Positions 26,726 to 40,187 of a DNA stretch of 64,000 nt are shown in pieces; the stretch's first letter is position 1, and every line of letters starts with the position of its first letter. The stretch lies in NCBI GenBank assembly GCA_053919585.1, contig CM132790.1; one strand, given 5' to 3'. Source of the DNA: Euprymna scolopes (taxonomy: Eukaryota). A program made the position numbers and the translations under genes. Below the pieces are notes generated by a model that was not told where the DNA came from, did no database searches, and saw only the letters and a program-made list of their open reading frames with translations.

Positions 26726-26991
26726 CTAAAAGGCAGGAAATGAGCATATTATATAAAAATAAACACCCACACATAAATAAATAGGGAATTCAACACGAGA
26801 GAAGTAGAAAAATTCAATTTAAAAATAACATTTTTTATGACTGTAAAATAATTGCATCTTTTAAAAAGATGACCATAAAAAGTAATGCATATTTATAAAG
26901 ATTTGTAGAACCAAAACTAGTAAAAACATAATTGAAATAAAAAGAAATGAACATAGACAGTGTGGCAGATAAGATCTAATTTAGACTAATC

Positions 26992-26996
<5 letters not shown>

Positions 26997-27040
<44 letters not shown>
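26997..27040. repeat. (TA)n microsatellite
   Basis: Direct observation. Confidence 0.97.
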
Positions 27041-27045
<5 letters not shown>

Positions 27046-27569
27046 CTGATGTATATTTAGAATTGCACTTATTTAAAAAGAAAAAAAAAATACAATAGCG
27101 AACTTTATATCACAGACGAAGATGTCATATTCCAAAACACACGTAAATTGATCAAGCATCTTTTATCTTTTTTTAATTAAGAAAATCAAATTTTATGATT
27201 TTAAGCAATTAATAATAAAATACCACAGTCGATAAATGTTGATAGTTGAATAGAATTGTCGGTGTTTGAATTCAACACATTTTAAATAATCTCGGCCCTC
27301 TTCTCGCTTCCTCATAAAATTTGATTTTCTCATTAAAAAAACAAAAAAACAAACAAACCCAAAACTACTTGATGAATTTACATTATTTTTGGAATATGAC
27401 ACATTCGTTTCATGACGAGTACGTACATCATACAGATTTGTTTTTTAAAATAAGTGTAATTCTAAATAAACACCAAAACTCTTTAAGGATTTTATCAAGA
27501 GACATTTGCATCAACCAATAGTCTCTCTACTTTATTAGACAGTGTCAAAAAAAGAAAAAAAAAATGACT

Positions 27570-28000
27570 CCAATCTAATAGGTCCAATACTGTCAATCAA
27601 GCTTCAACTCCTGTCCCATCATTGCAATGTTGCATCTATGTGCCAGTTTCATAAGTACTTTAATAAAAAAGTGCTCTGATGAACACGTAGCACTAATGCT
27701 CCACAAAGTAAATATCCCCAATTAGCCTGACAAGCAACAAAAATTGCAAGTCTTCACCATAGAAGTCTCCAGATGTGAAGAGCCTTCTACTCTGATCGTT
27801 TCTTCCTTCAAACTACTCGACTTTAGAATTTCCTCTCTGTATCCTGTTTCCCTAAATGTATTGGCATGCAAAAATTTATGTACATCGTGAACAGATATCT
27901 CGCTGCTCAACTTCTTAATTTGAGTCTCTAATGGCATGGTCTCTAATCCACAGTAACCTCTTATGTCTCAGTGACAATCTGCTTTGTTTGGGGTGGGTGG
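27570..28000 (+). mobile_element. Old CR1 family B 3' fragment
   Basis: Similarity to 18500-18910. Confidence 0.65.
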
Positions 28001-28029
28001 GAATATGAGTAAAATATATATACACAAAT

Positions 28030-28250
28030 ATAAACATTGAACAAACAAATAAAACTGTTTTTAGAACACGTTAAAAATGAAAAATATTTTATTAAAAGAA
28101 AAATACGATTCCATTTTTTTTCAGTTTTTTTTGTTTAAGTTGAAATATTTCAACTTAAAAGAAATTGCATTGTATTTTTTTTCCTTCTTTTAATAAAATT
28201 TGCATTTGTAACATGTTCTTAAAAGTTTTGTTTATTCAATGTTTTAGAAT
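28030..28250. repeat. AT-rich fold-back palindrome
   Basis: Perfect core TTTAAGTTGAAATATTTCAACTTAAA with extended imperfect arms. Confidence 0.8.
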
Positions 28251-29000
28251 TCTTAATAATCCTTCCAAGAGCTTTAATTCCAATTCCATTATATATACAC
28301 ACACACACATACTCCTATAAATTTGTTTTTGTTGTTGTCTATTGATATCATAAATCCTTTTTTTCTATTTATTAAAAAAAATAAAAATAAATAAAAATAA
28401 AAAAATAAAATAAAAAAATACAACTTTGTAATACATGGGTTCTGAAATTGCATTCATCTGCAAAAGATCTAGCTAATTTGCATATTCTTTTAAACCTTCA
28501 TTTTAAGTAATTCCCTATTAGTTTTTTGGGTTGTCTTATGGGTGATCATCTTAAGTTAACTATTACGTGTAATTATATTCATGCAGATATTCTACATATT
28601 TATGTATGCGTATACATATTTAAAAAAAAAATTTTGCCTATCAAACTTCTTTATTAGTTTTCATCTACAGACATGAAACATAATATATAGGGTATTCGAA
28701 CCCATGTGAAACTTTATATTTGGGTTTTAGCTGTAACATAATAGTTATTGGTTCAAGTTTTAATTTTTAGCCTTGCAGCAAACATGTCTTCATAGCTCAG
28801 GCATTAACGTCAAAGGAAAAAGTAAATCGTAAGCTAAACATTTTGGTTTCGATTCTCGGTGGTAGCGCATGAGTTACTTTTTTTTTTTTCACTTTTTAAA
28901 TGATTACTATATATTGGGTCCAATATAATATAATAAATACGAAATCTGCATTAATTAAAATATCATATTTAAGCGTGTTTTATAACCAGGCAGCCTGCTA

Positions 29001-29032
<32 letters not shown>

Positions 29033-30159
29033 CGACACAGCCTATATAATACAGTTTTCAAATTTTACTTAAATAAGCATTAAAACTTAGAACAAAAATC
29101 AAAAGAACATGTAATATACACAGAAAACCTACAAGTTGTTTATTAACAAATATTAATTTCAAGTAAATTTTATAAGGAATCTATTAAATATGTGCTGAAA
29201 AAAAAATGTCAAAAATGCAGTCGTAGATGGATTGAGAATCTAACAGCTGATACCCAACAACCTTTTCACCTGGGTGGGTTTTTATAAAAAGGTGAGCCGA
29301 GTTCGATGCCAAGGTTGGAATACCTGAAAAAAAGATTTCAAAGAAAAAGATGAAAGGAGGTTTTTGGACCAATATGTGTTGCGGATCTGATGCAGAGTTA
29401 GATGGAGTCCGTAATGGAGATTTTATTTAAATGAGCAGAATTATATGATAAAAACAAATTAATCAAACTGCTTACATTTCAGAAAAAACATGTTTTTAAT
29501 ATGAAATGTACAACAAAAATATATACAAACTAAACTTTTTAACCGATTAAAACAAGCAAAAGTTATAGCCTGTTGACTTAGAATGAGTGTTTTATGCCAA
29601 ATTGATGGTTGAATATGGTTAAATGTGTGCTCATTTTTGCATTAAATATTAATCTCTAACTGTGCATCGAATGGATACCATAATACTGAGTTTGCTGCAC
29701 CTGTTAAAGGTCCATACAAAATTTCAGCAGATTGGTCCAGCAGTTCCAAGAAAAAGTGGAACGGACAGAAAGATAAACAGACTAAGAGAAATATAATATA
29801 GATAAATGACTTTTTCCTTTTTGTGAGCAAAAACTGTTATAGTTTAGAGGATTTAGTTTTTCAAACGGATAGCAAAGAATGGCCAAAAGATGAATTTCTT
29901 TGTTTCTCTATCAGAAACTTTTTACAAATTGAGTTACCATCATTACATGACAAATTCATCAAGATTAAAAAAACAAAAAAAAACACTAATAATACATTTC
30001 AACCGTGAAATTAACTTTACATCGACTCAAATAAAAATACATAATCATCTGAATAATCCAACTCCAAGCAATTAGGTTTCCATTTTAGATTGCAAACCAG
30101 CATGTTATTTTCACGTTTCAATCGATATAACTTACAACCTTCTTCAGACATATCGTGTT

Positions 30160-30480
30160 GAACTCTTTATTTAATCCACGGGGGTAGCATGCTCTCGTTC
30201 AGTAAGCCATAATTGGGTAGAAATACTAAGTAATTCGCAATTGTATTTTGAGTGTTGCCCACATTAAGGATTAAACTTTCACTCCAGTAGAATATAACTT
30301 ACAACTGAATTTTACCAAGTATTTTATCCATTACACCACTGGTCTTTGCATAGCACTCCTACCCAATTATGGCTGACAGAACAAGAGCATGCTACCTCCG
30401 TGGATTAAATAAGGGGTTCCATTCAAAATACCATGCAGATTCCTGACTTTGACAGAAAGATTCCCCAAGTTCGACAAGAT
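30160..30480. mobile_element. Inverted-repeat element; related single arm at 48845-48990
   Basis: TTATTTAATCCACGGGGGTAGCATGCTCT..CCATAATTGGGTAG / CTACCCAATTATGG..AGAGCATGCTACCTCCGTGGATTAAATAA. Confidence 0.75.
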
Positions 30481-31310
30481 GTATTTAAAGACGATTGGAG
30501 ATTACATCGACCGAAACTTGAAAATAACACTTGAGATGAGAACAATAATCCGAAGAATCCAAATACAACAAAGAGTGAAATTAACAAAAACAAAAAAAAA
30601 AAAAAAACTCGATATTGCAGACTTAAATTTCTTGCCAGCATAGACGACAAGTCTTGAGGATTATTTATGGCCTTCAAAACTTTTCAGTGATGCTGATATG
30701 AAACCTACTTCTGTGACGTCAAGTTTTTATAAACTGAAGCTATCAGTCATTAAGAAAATATATATCCATTAAATTTTTTAAAAAGTTACTTCCCACCCGA
30801 CAAAGTGATCTGCTGATAATGATACAATCAGAATTTTTCACATGAATACCAATTATATTTAACATAAAAAATTACATGAATCAATCAAGTAGTTTCATTT
30901 TTATATAAAAATGAATCCAATTTTATTAGCGGGACCTGTGGAAATTCCACAGGGGACTCTTTCATATGTAATATATTGATGTTGGCATTCTGTGGATGTT
31001 CAGTGTGAATGGAGATGCCCTGATATTATTGTAGCTATTTTGTTAAAACTGCAAAAGTATTTATCTAAGCAAGCAGGGACGCCCAGTGTAGCCCAGTCAT
31101 AAAATATGATTAAATGTATTTTAATTTATGCAGTTTTCGTATATATTATTGTAGAGTCAATCTATTGATTCTTATATATTATAAAGTTTTAATAAAAAAA
31201 AAAAAAATATCCATATGACTTGGGTGCATCAGCTTGAATCGAAACTAAAACCAAAACTTATGAAGAACAAACAAAAACAAAAAAAAAACATATGCATATA
31301 TATATATATA

Positions 31311-32747
31311 CTAGCAAAAGTACCCATTGTTGACTGGGTTCAAAAACAGCCTACAGAAAATGGACTCTGATTTATGAAAGTACTAGCGGGGGTACCCGGT
31401 GTTGCCCGAGTTTTAAAAAATGTTATGGTAGGTAAGTAGGAAGGATCAAACCCGGAGTCATGAGTAAAAGTAGGAAAATAAAGTGTGAAAAAAAAAAAAA
31501 AAAAAAAAAAACATCTGCAACGTTAACAGTTCAGCCACCAAGAAAAGTCCATTCCAGTTGTTTAGGAAAAAAGAAAAGAAAAAAAAAAAAAAAAAAAAAA
31601 AAAAAACGACTACGGTAGGTCGGCGCGAACGTGAAAATATAATGTGAATTGTCCAGCACGCTAACCACTACGCCACAGAGCACTGCAGCTTAGTTTAGTG
31701 ATTTTAAATAACTTCACATGAAAGAACTACGAAGCCAAACCGGTGTTCTCTTCTCAACTGTTCCTTGTGAACGATCCCCAAACGGTGTTAAGTGGTGGCA
31801 GGGGGAGGAGGAATTTATTAGAGAGAAAATATTTTACCACTTCCATTGATCTTAACCGATTTTGGCTGTGACTTCTCAGCAGAAAAAGTATAGAAATCTA
31901 AGATTATCGAGGAATTTGAGAAATAATAAGCCTATAACACACCTCAGATATTGTTCTGCCTTTGTGCATATTATATTTGCATGAAATATCTTGATTTTTA
32001 ATCCTATTAAGGTCAAAATCAGACGGGAAAAAATGAGTTCATTTTATTTATATAGAGATGATAGGTTATGAAAAGGAAGGGTTGTAAAGAGATAGCTTCG
32101 AATTTGGGGGTATCAAAACCAAAGCAAAATATGACGAAAGTAAAAATAAAATAGATAAATCCCATAATTTATTATACCATACCTGTTCACATTGAAACAT
32201 TTATCACAATATTCTTTGGATATATATTAAAAAAACCTTGTTAAAATTAGTGACATATTTCCATTCTATGAAGGCAAAGTGCGAACGAACACCCCATAAT
32301 TTTATTATACCATATTTCTTCAAACTGAAACAATTATCAAAGTATACTTACGCAAATAGATATGAAAAGTCTTTATTAAAGTTTGTGCCTATTTCCATTC
32401 TATGGAGGCCAGGCGCGAACGCAGACCCCAAAATTTTATTATACCATCCCTATTTAAGTTAAAACATACTTATCAAAGTATTCTTATGTACATCTATATC
32501 AAAAACACTTGTAAACGTTTTTTTTTTAATTTTTAAATTTTTCATTTCCATACTTTGTGAACCAGGCGCGAACGCAGACCCCACAATTTTAATGAACCAC
32601 CGTTCTGCCAGATCAAACATACCCATTCCTGTGTCTCGATGCATCATCTATCATTATATGTAATCAGTTTTTTTTAAATAGTCAACCATATAGGAGCCTA
32701 TTTGTGACCAGACACACACACACAGACATTCAGCTTTATATATATGA
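31311..32747 (-). mobile_element. Non-autonomous Helitron (outer) containing a nested Helitron
   Basis: CTAG terminus with hairpin at 31311; TCATATATATAAAGCTGAATGTCTGTGTG 5' end; internal repeats CCAGGCGCGAACGCAGACCCCA. Confidence 0.6.
31383..32058 (-). mobile_element. Non-autonomous Helitron (inner) carrying a tRNA-like segment
   Basis: A|TCTCTATATAAATAAAATG ... CTCGGGCAACACCGGG..CTAG|T. Confidence 0.75.
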
Positions 32748-33145
32748 GTTCCTTCAGCTACAATCAAAACCCAAATCAAAATTATAAAGAATTCTTGGTA
32801 AAATTATTTATTACAAAAAAAAAAAAAAAAAAAAAAAAAAAAGGAAGGTCATAACTAGGGCTGTGACAATATTCTCTTTCAAATATGCTCTATATTCTTT
32901 TTATATGCCGGGAATATTCTTTAAGAATATGCTCGAGAATATTCTTTTTTTACACGGGAATATTCTTTTTTAAAAAGAATATGCTTTTTTTGCATAGGAA
33001 TATTCTTTTTAAAAAGAATATGCTGCTTTGAGATGGAATATTCTCTTTGGCTACCGTATATTTATTTTTATAAATCGCATATTTTCACTGTACTTCAAGC
33101 GAATATATTTATGCTAGGTACCTTAGATTTACGTTTGCAACAATA

Positions 33146-33299
33146 TTAACCCTTTTGATTCCAATGGGCCGATATATCGGCCATGGGAATTTAAGGTAAA
33201 AGAAGACCTACAGATATTTCGGCCTTACTATAATATTTTAATAGAACGGGTATAGTTGAGTAGTTGGTAATTTTGCAATGTTAGGGTCGAAAGGGTTAA
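33146..33299. mobile_element. piggyBac-type MITE nested in the hAT element
   Basis: TTAA|CCCTTTTGA ... TCGAAAGGG|TTAA. Confidence 0.75.
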
Positions 33300-33445
33300 T
33301 TATTTGTTTTTTTATAAATTCTATTGATGATTTTGTAAAAGCTTCAGTTAATGCCGAAAACGCAAGAAAATATATAGAAAAAATGTTTATTTTTATGCTA
33401 TAAATACTTCTAACAATTAAACACTATCAAGCTTAAACAAATATT

Positions 33446-35181
33446 TTATTCATTGCATTTTACAATTAAATGCGTTTTTAAGTTCTCAAAATTGAAACTT
33501 CTGCGGTTGTCTGCTAAAACGGTCTTATACTGGGAAAAAACTCATTCCACATCGCATGAGACTACTGGGGCATATTTCAAGCTGGCCATTTCTTCGGCAC
33601 TTAAAACTTTTAAATGATCTATGTCATCCAAATTTCCTTCATTTTGAAAAGCCTTCCCACTAATAAGTGCATCGAGACGTTTTAAAGTAGCAAAACCTTT
33701 GTTCTTTGAAATGACATTCTTCAGCTTTTTACGAAATTGGGAGTCATCCATCTCCTCAAGTGTCATTTCGACCTCTCTAATTAATTCAATAGATTTTGAA
33801 AGACTCAGCCCTTTAGTCTCCAACTTTGCAATATTTTTTGTTAAAATGGAAAAACTGTTGGCGATAAAGCCGAGATCAAATGGCAGTGATTCCTCATCCA
33901 ACAGTTTTTTGGACTCCAATATACTTTGGGCCTCTGTTGAATCTAGAGTAATTTCGGGCAAATGTTTGGCGTAATAATGCGCTGCATCTAACCACGTACC
34001 CCATCTTGTTACAATGGGACTCGGTGGAAGGGGCACTCCTGGGGCTAGTTCCCTGAACTTTTCGATTCGATTGGGTGCTTTTAAAAATATACTTTTTACA
34101 GTTGAAATCAGTTTATTTACTTTTGGGTGCGCCTGCCTGACTAATTCCGCAACCCTGTGCAAGCCATGGGCCAAACAAGTAACGTGCACCATTTTCGGGT
34201 ATAAAACCTGAAGAGCATTCATAGCTTTGGACATATATGCAGCTATGCAGCTGCATCAGTGGTTACAAGGAGCACATTATTATAAAGGACTTGCTGCGGC
34301 CACAAAAACTGCAACGAATCGTTAAAAAAAGCAGCAATTGTAGAATGATTAACTTTTGGCAGACATGCAATATTTCCCAAATAGCACTTGATGCGTTCCT
34401 CTTCTACCCCAAGAATGCCAAACACAAAGCAAGCAATAAAACACTGCTCTACATCAGTGGTTTCATCAATCGAGACCCACAGTTTCATTCCAGCAGCTTT
34501 TTCTCCGAGTGACTTCACTTTTGCTTCGTACACTTCACTAACGTAATATTTTCTTAGTGTAGTCTGATTTGGAATATTTCTATGTGTGTACCTATGAAGA
34601 AAGTCTTTGAACACATTATTGCTCAGTTTATGAAACGGAATATCCGCTGCAATCAACGCTTTGCATAAGTCAGCGTTGAACAAATTATTCGTACTGGCTC
34701 CTAAATCAGTTGCTGCAGTAGGAACTTCGCCTAACGTTGCCGTGTAGGTCTTTTTTGCCAGATGTGCGTTGGTTTTTAAATGCTGCTTTATTAGAGATTT
34801 TTTACAACTTTTGATCTGTAAAAATAAAAATCAATTATTTAATGGTAATATATACATTTAAAGGAAGGGGGGAAAAAGTTATTTGAAGCCGATTAACATT
34901 TATTAATTAACGTAAAAAGTAGATAAAATAAATTGTAAATTTCAACGTTCAATCAAAGTTTAATACAGCTAGATTTACCATTATAGAATTTCAAAAACAA
35001 AACTACTATAACAATGCCAATCTATTAGTCAACTATATTGCAAATTTTATGTATTAAAGTTTGTTCCTACCTGGATATTGCAGTATTTGCAGGTTAAGCA
35101 ATTGCCAGTTAACTGGTAATCATCAAATTCATCGGCATATCTTGCCATCCGTTCAGCAGGAGTGCTAATTATTTTCGGCAT
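33446..35181 (-). pseudogene. hAT transposase (CGGBP1-like N-terminal zinc finger), 2 exons 35181-35071 and 34815-33446, inactivated
   Basis: CKYC..KQHLKTNAH; SIDETTD; VTTD; CLAHGLH; TRWGTW; SCDVE*VFS; frameshifting 8-bp duplication at 34237-34252 and TGA at 33542-33544. Confidence 0.9.
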
Positions 35182-36663
35182 TTTTTGTTTAGTTTTTTTA
35201 GATCTTGTAAATTCGTCCTGGGTACTAACACGCTTTAAGTATCTACAAGGACGAGATGTCTGTACATATTTATATATATGCCTATAATATCACTCTTTTT
35301 CAACAGACCAAATTTTAGACCCTTTTTTATGTAAATTCACATCTGTTAGGGTTATACCACGTTTAATTCATCTAAAAAAATGAATAAATTAAAAACTCTT
35401 ATCCAAATATTTTCTTTCAGCATATTTTTGGCAAAACAAAACTTATTCCATAAATATTTTGCATATTCTTTTTTAAAAAGCATATTCTTTTTTTAAGGAA
35501 TATGCTTTTTATCAAAAGAATATTCTCTAACCCACTATATGTAAAGAATTGTTTTTTATTAAACAATATTCTTGACATTGCCCTACTCATTACTGTATAT
35601 ACTGTTTATATACTGTGAATAATTGAACACTCTATGGAACTTAAATATTTTATTTATTAATTTAATTATAAAATGCAGTCTTTAAATTATCAAAATTAAA
35701 GCTTCTTTGGTTGTCCGCTAAAATAGCCTTATAATGAAAAAAAAAACTTGTTCCAATCATAGGAGATTACTGGACCATATTTAAACCTGGCTATTTTTTC
35801 GATACAAATTGTAGTTACAATCCTTTGGACACTATGGGGCCGATATATTGGCCCTGGAGACCTAGGGCAAAAAGGATACGCGGATATTTCGTCCCTAATA
35901 TAATCCTCTAATAGAATGGCTCTCATTAGGAACCAAAGGTTATTGTAAATTCACAACTATGAAGGTTTTACCATGTTTAATTTAATTTATATAAAAAAGA
36001 AAACTTCGTAAAATTAAGACTCGTATGCAAATATTTATTTCAACATATTTTCGGCACAACTTATTCCATAAATATTTTGCATATTCTTTTTTTTAAGAGA
36101 ATAGGCTTTTTGTTAAAGGAATATTCTTTAAAAAAAAGAATATGCTTTTTGTTAAAAGAATATTCTCTAACGAAATATATGCACAGAATATTCTTTTGTA
36201 AAAGAATATGCTTGTCACAGCCCTAGTCATAACAATTAAACACTAGTCACTTGGAAGAAAAAAAGATGTAAGCAGGACACACAAAATAACACACATGCTA
36301 TCGTATTGATATATAGATGGTTAAATTGCAAGCGACAATCTCACGACGCCATCTTGAAAACAGGAAGATAACTCCAGATCAAAATTTGAGAAAGCCATTT
36401 TTAACACGAGAAAAAAATTTAAGAAAACCAAAAAACTCAAATTTGCTGATAAAATTATTTTCTTTATAAAACCAAAACTACTTGATCAATTTACATTAAG
36501 TATTTTTGGTCACGTATATGTACCTCATACAGATTTTTTCTTTATTTTTGTTTTTTCATGGAGGGTGTTTTAGACAAGCACCAAGAACTTTTCACCTGAA
36601 TACCGAATGTATTTGACATAAGCATCATATCTCATGAATTCAAAAGGGGGGAGGGCATCATTA

Positions 36664-36957
<294 letters not shown>

Positions 36958-37689
36958 TTACTGAAAAAAATAAAAAACTTTTATTTATAAATTGATCATT
37001 GCGTGACGATTGTGACTAGATCATTTTAATGTTGGGATACATCACAACGCTTGCACTCCCCTAAAAGTGGCCCTCTGAATTGATACAAAAGTAATTGATT
37101 GAAGCCAACTCACCTTACCATGGGTCGGGTAACAGTATCAAAATGAATAGATGGTCACAAAAATTTATAAATATATTTTTGTGATGCATACATCATTAGA
37201 AAGAGCAATCTCTCAGACAAAAATATCGAAAAATTAGAAAAAAAAAAAAAATTGTTATTTTGTATAGGAATATTGTTTTGTTTGAGGTGGGGGTCAGATA
37301 AAAACCTTGCTTTCAATGCGGTTTGCAAACTACGCAGGTGCTAAGCGTTGTCATGTTCTTCCATTTTAAATAACTAAATTTGCGGTGTCAAGACATCTGT
37401 GTCCTCGTAGGCCTATTGATAAAAGTGTTAGCTTGTCCACTTCAGTTATTATGCGAGTTCGTGCCTGGCATATGTCATTTTATTTATTTATTTTTTTTTT
37501 TGCTTTTGGTTTCACTTCTGGTTTATGGCACCCAAGTTGTTTTTTTTTTTTTTTTACCCCCTGCCTGTCACAATTTTTTTTTCTAACAACTGGGCAATGA
37601 CAGAATCTTTTTAATGTTTCATAATCTTTAAAAAAATCTTGCTAATCCCTATAGGTGATAGGTAGAGGTAATTCTTTTAGCAGAGGGGC

Positions 37690-40187
37690 ATGCCATGTCC
37701 TTCTCAAAACAGCTCGTTTACCACTGATTCTCACTTGTCACCCAGCACTCACTTCTGGCTTGTAGAATTTGGCACATGCAACAGCAGCCATCCCTTGGAT
37801 AACGGCTTTGGCGGGCTGGCTAAACTGGTTGAGAATAACCAGTTGGGTCTGTAACTCCAGCGAGTCTAGAAACGGACTGTGTCAGCCCTACTGCATGTGA
37901 AGACTGACTCCTGGTGGAACAAGTGGAAGAGGGGATTTAATTATCTAACAGCTGTGAAGGCCGTGGCAGCAAGCATCATGGATGTTTTAGAGCATGGACA
38001 TGGCATCCTAAGTAGTCCTGGTCATCCACTGCAGTCTAGCAGTCTCTCGTAACGGTTCTCCATTCCACTGAATCAAGGCTTCCTTAATCAAGAGAGTGGA
38101 TTACTCCTGTGCAATAATCTCGCTATAAAATTGTTCACATACAGGTCTGTTTTGGAAACTTATTAGCATGAACATGTAAACGTACACCTTCAAGTCCCAC
38201 GGAGGTGACAAAGCCACAGGTGGAGATGAACACTGGCAGTCCATGGGCATGTGATTGTTCTTTTTCCTGATGACAGCAGGAGAATTCTGCAACATTTATG
38301 GATGACTGGGCAGCCTCTTTAGGACAGCACTGCCCACCCTCACATGGGGAAGAAACTAGAAAAGGTCTCCCAAACAAATACTTGCCCTTCCTAGTTTGGT
38401 CAGCTTACTGCAGTTGACAAACTCATCCTCATTGCAATAAAAAAATAAAAAACAACAAAAACTCAAACTAATCTTGGGAGCATGGAATGTCCGAACACTA
38501 CTTGATAGATGAAATACATCAAGACCAGAAAGACAAACGCTGCTTGTTGCAAATGATCTTCAGCATTTTGGAATAAATATTGCAGCACTTAGTGAAACAT
38601 GACTCACCGATGAAGGTTCGTTAAGAGAGAAAGGAGGTGAATACACCTTTTGGAAAGGAAAACTCCAGGATGCAGATAAAAACTATGACATGGTTGGATA
38701 TCAAAACAACCCTGCTGAATATTCCAGCCATTCCAGTTGGAATCGATGAACAGTTCATAAAGCTGCGCATACCTCTGAGCAAATTAAAACATCTTACTAT
38801 CATCAGTGTGTATGATTCCACCCTTATTAGTCTCGAAATAAAAGAACAATTCTATGAACAGTTCAATGAGGTCATCAGAATGACAAACTGAAAATCCTTT
38901 GAGATTTCAATGTATGAGTGGGAAGTGACTACAAAAACTTAGAAGGTAAAGAGTAGGCAAGGTCAATGACAACAGACTGCTGTGTGTCGGCAAATGTGCA
39001 GAACACAACCTCTGCATTACTAACACCTACTTCAGGATGGCCAAGAAATAGAAAACCACATGGATATACCCAAGATCCAAACACCGATACATGATAGACT
39101 TCATTGTTGCATGTCAACACGACATCAGTGATGTATGCATGACATGCTTGGTGAAAGGTGCTGAATGCTAGAAAAACCACAAACTTGTAAGGATCGTAAT
39201 GACACGGCATATAACATTACCTAAGGCTGTTAGAGCCTCATTCAACATTGCTCGGCTAAAAGATCCAACCTACCTTCTAGCAGAGAGGCTCTTTGGGTTG
39301 TGCTAGGCCATATTGGATGTCCATCAAAATGTATTTCAATGATTAAGCTCTCCATAATAGCATGACAGGTCAAGTTCTCCACAACGGCATAGAGTCTGAG
39401 AGTGTTGAGATCAGCAATTGAGTCAAACAAGGTTGTGTACTAGCATCAATACTCCTTAACACATTCACGAATGCTGTCCCATGCAGTGAAAAATTTGTAG
39501 CGAGGAGTCTGTTTGCTACCATCTGAATGGCCCTCTTTTTGACATGCACCAACTCAATGCCAAGAGCAAAAGTCTTCTAGACCTTATCCAAAACATTTTC
39601 TTTGCCAACGACTGTGGTCTAACGACGCACACTGAATCCCATCTGCAGCTGATGCTAAACCACTTTTCAGAAGCCTCCACCAGAAACAAACCACCAACCT
39701 CTGATTGATTGTAATTGGCAATATTCAGCTGAAGTATGTGGAATACTTTCAATAAACATATCTCATAGTTCCTTTACAGAGAAATTGATGCACGGATCAA
39801 CAAAGTCAGGCTTTAGGAAGACTCTGAAACAGTGTTCAGTCAGCACAACATACATTTGAAAACAGAACTGAAAGTGTACAATGCAGCAATCATCCCCTCT
39901 ATGGATGCGAAACATACCGTAAACACATAAAAAAAATTGGATAAATTCTACATGTGTGCTCTATGTTCTGCATTTGAAATCCGTTGGCAGGACTCCATTA
40001 CTAATCTTGAGGTTCTAAATCAAGCCAAATCATCTAACAGTGCACGCTCATCAAGGCCCTACTTAGTGGGTAGGTCATGGCATCCACATGGAACACTGCA
40101 TGCCAAGGCACTTGTTGTACAGAGAACTTCAGAAAAGAAAGAGAAACCATGGTTGTCCAAAAAATGCAACAAGAACAAAGTCAAGAC
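37690..40187 (+). mobile_element. RTE-clade (BovB-like) LINE relic with 5' UTR, heavily decayed
   Basis: GAWNVRTLLDR..RPERQT..INIAALSET endonuclease start at ~38475; GVKQGCVLA and FANDC RT remnants. Confidence 0.85.

Larger units (their letters stand above)
32856..36225 (-). mobile_element. Complete hAT DNA transposon
   Basis: TIR TAGGGCTGTGACAA/TTGTCACAGCCCTA; perfect 8-bp TSD GTCATAAC (32848-32855, 36226-36233); subterminal GAATATTC/GAATATGC arrays. Confidence 0.95.

Noticed and set aside
31600-31690. Genuine tRNA gene
   Set aside because: No acceptor stem or anticodon arm can be formed; only A/B-box-like remnants.
33446-35181. Domesticated CGGBP1-like host gene
   Set aside because: Bounded by TIRs and a TSD and carries a frameshift plus a nonsense codon; it is a dead transposon.
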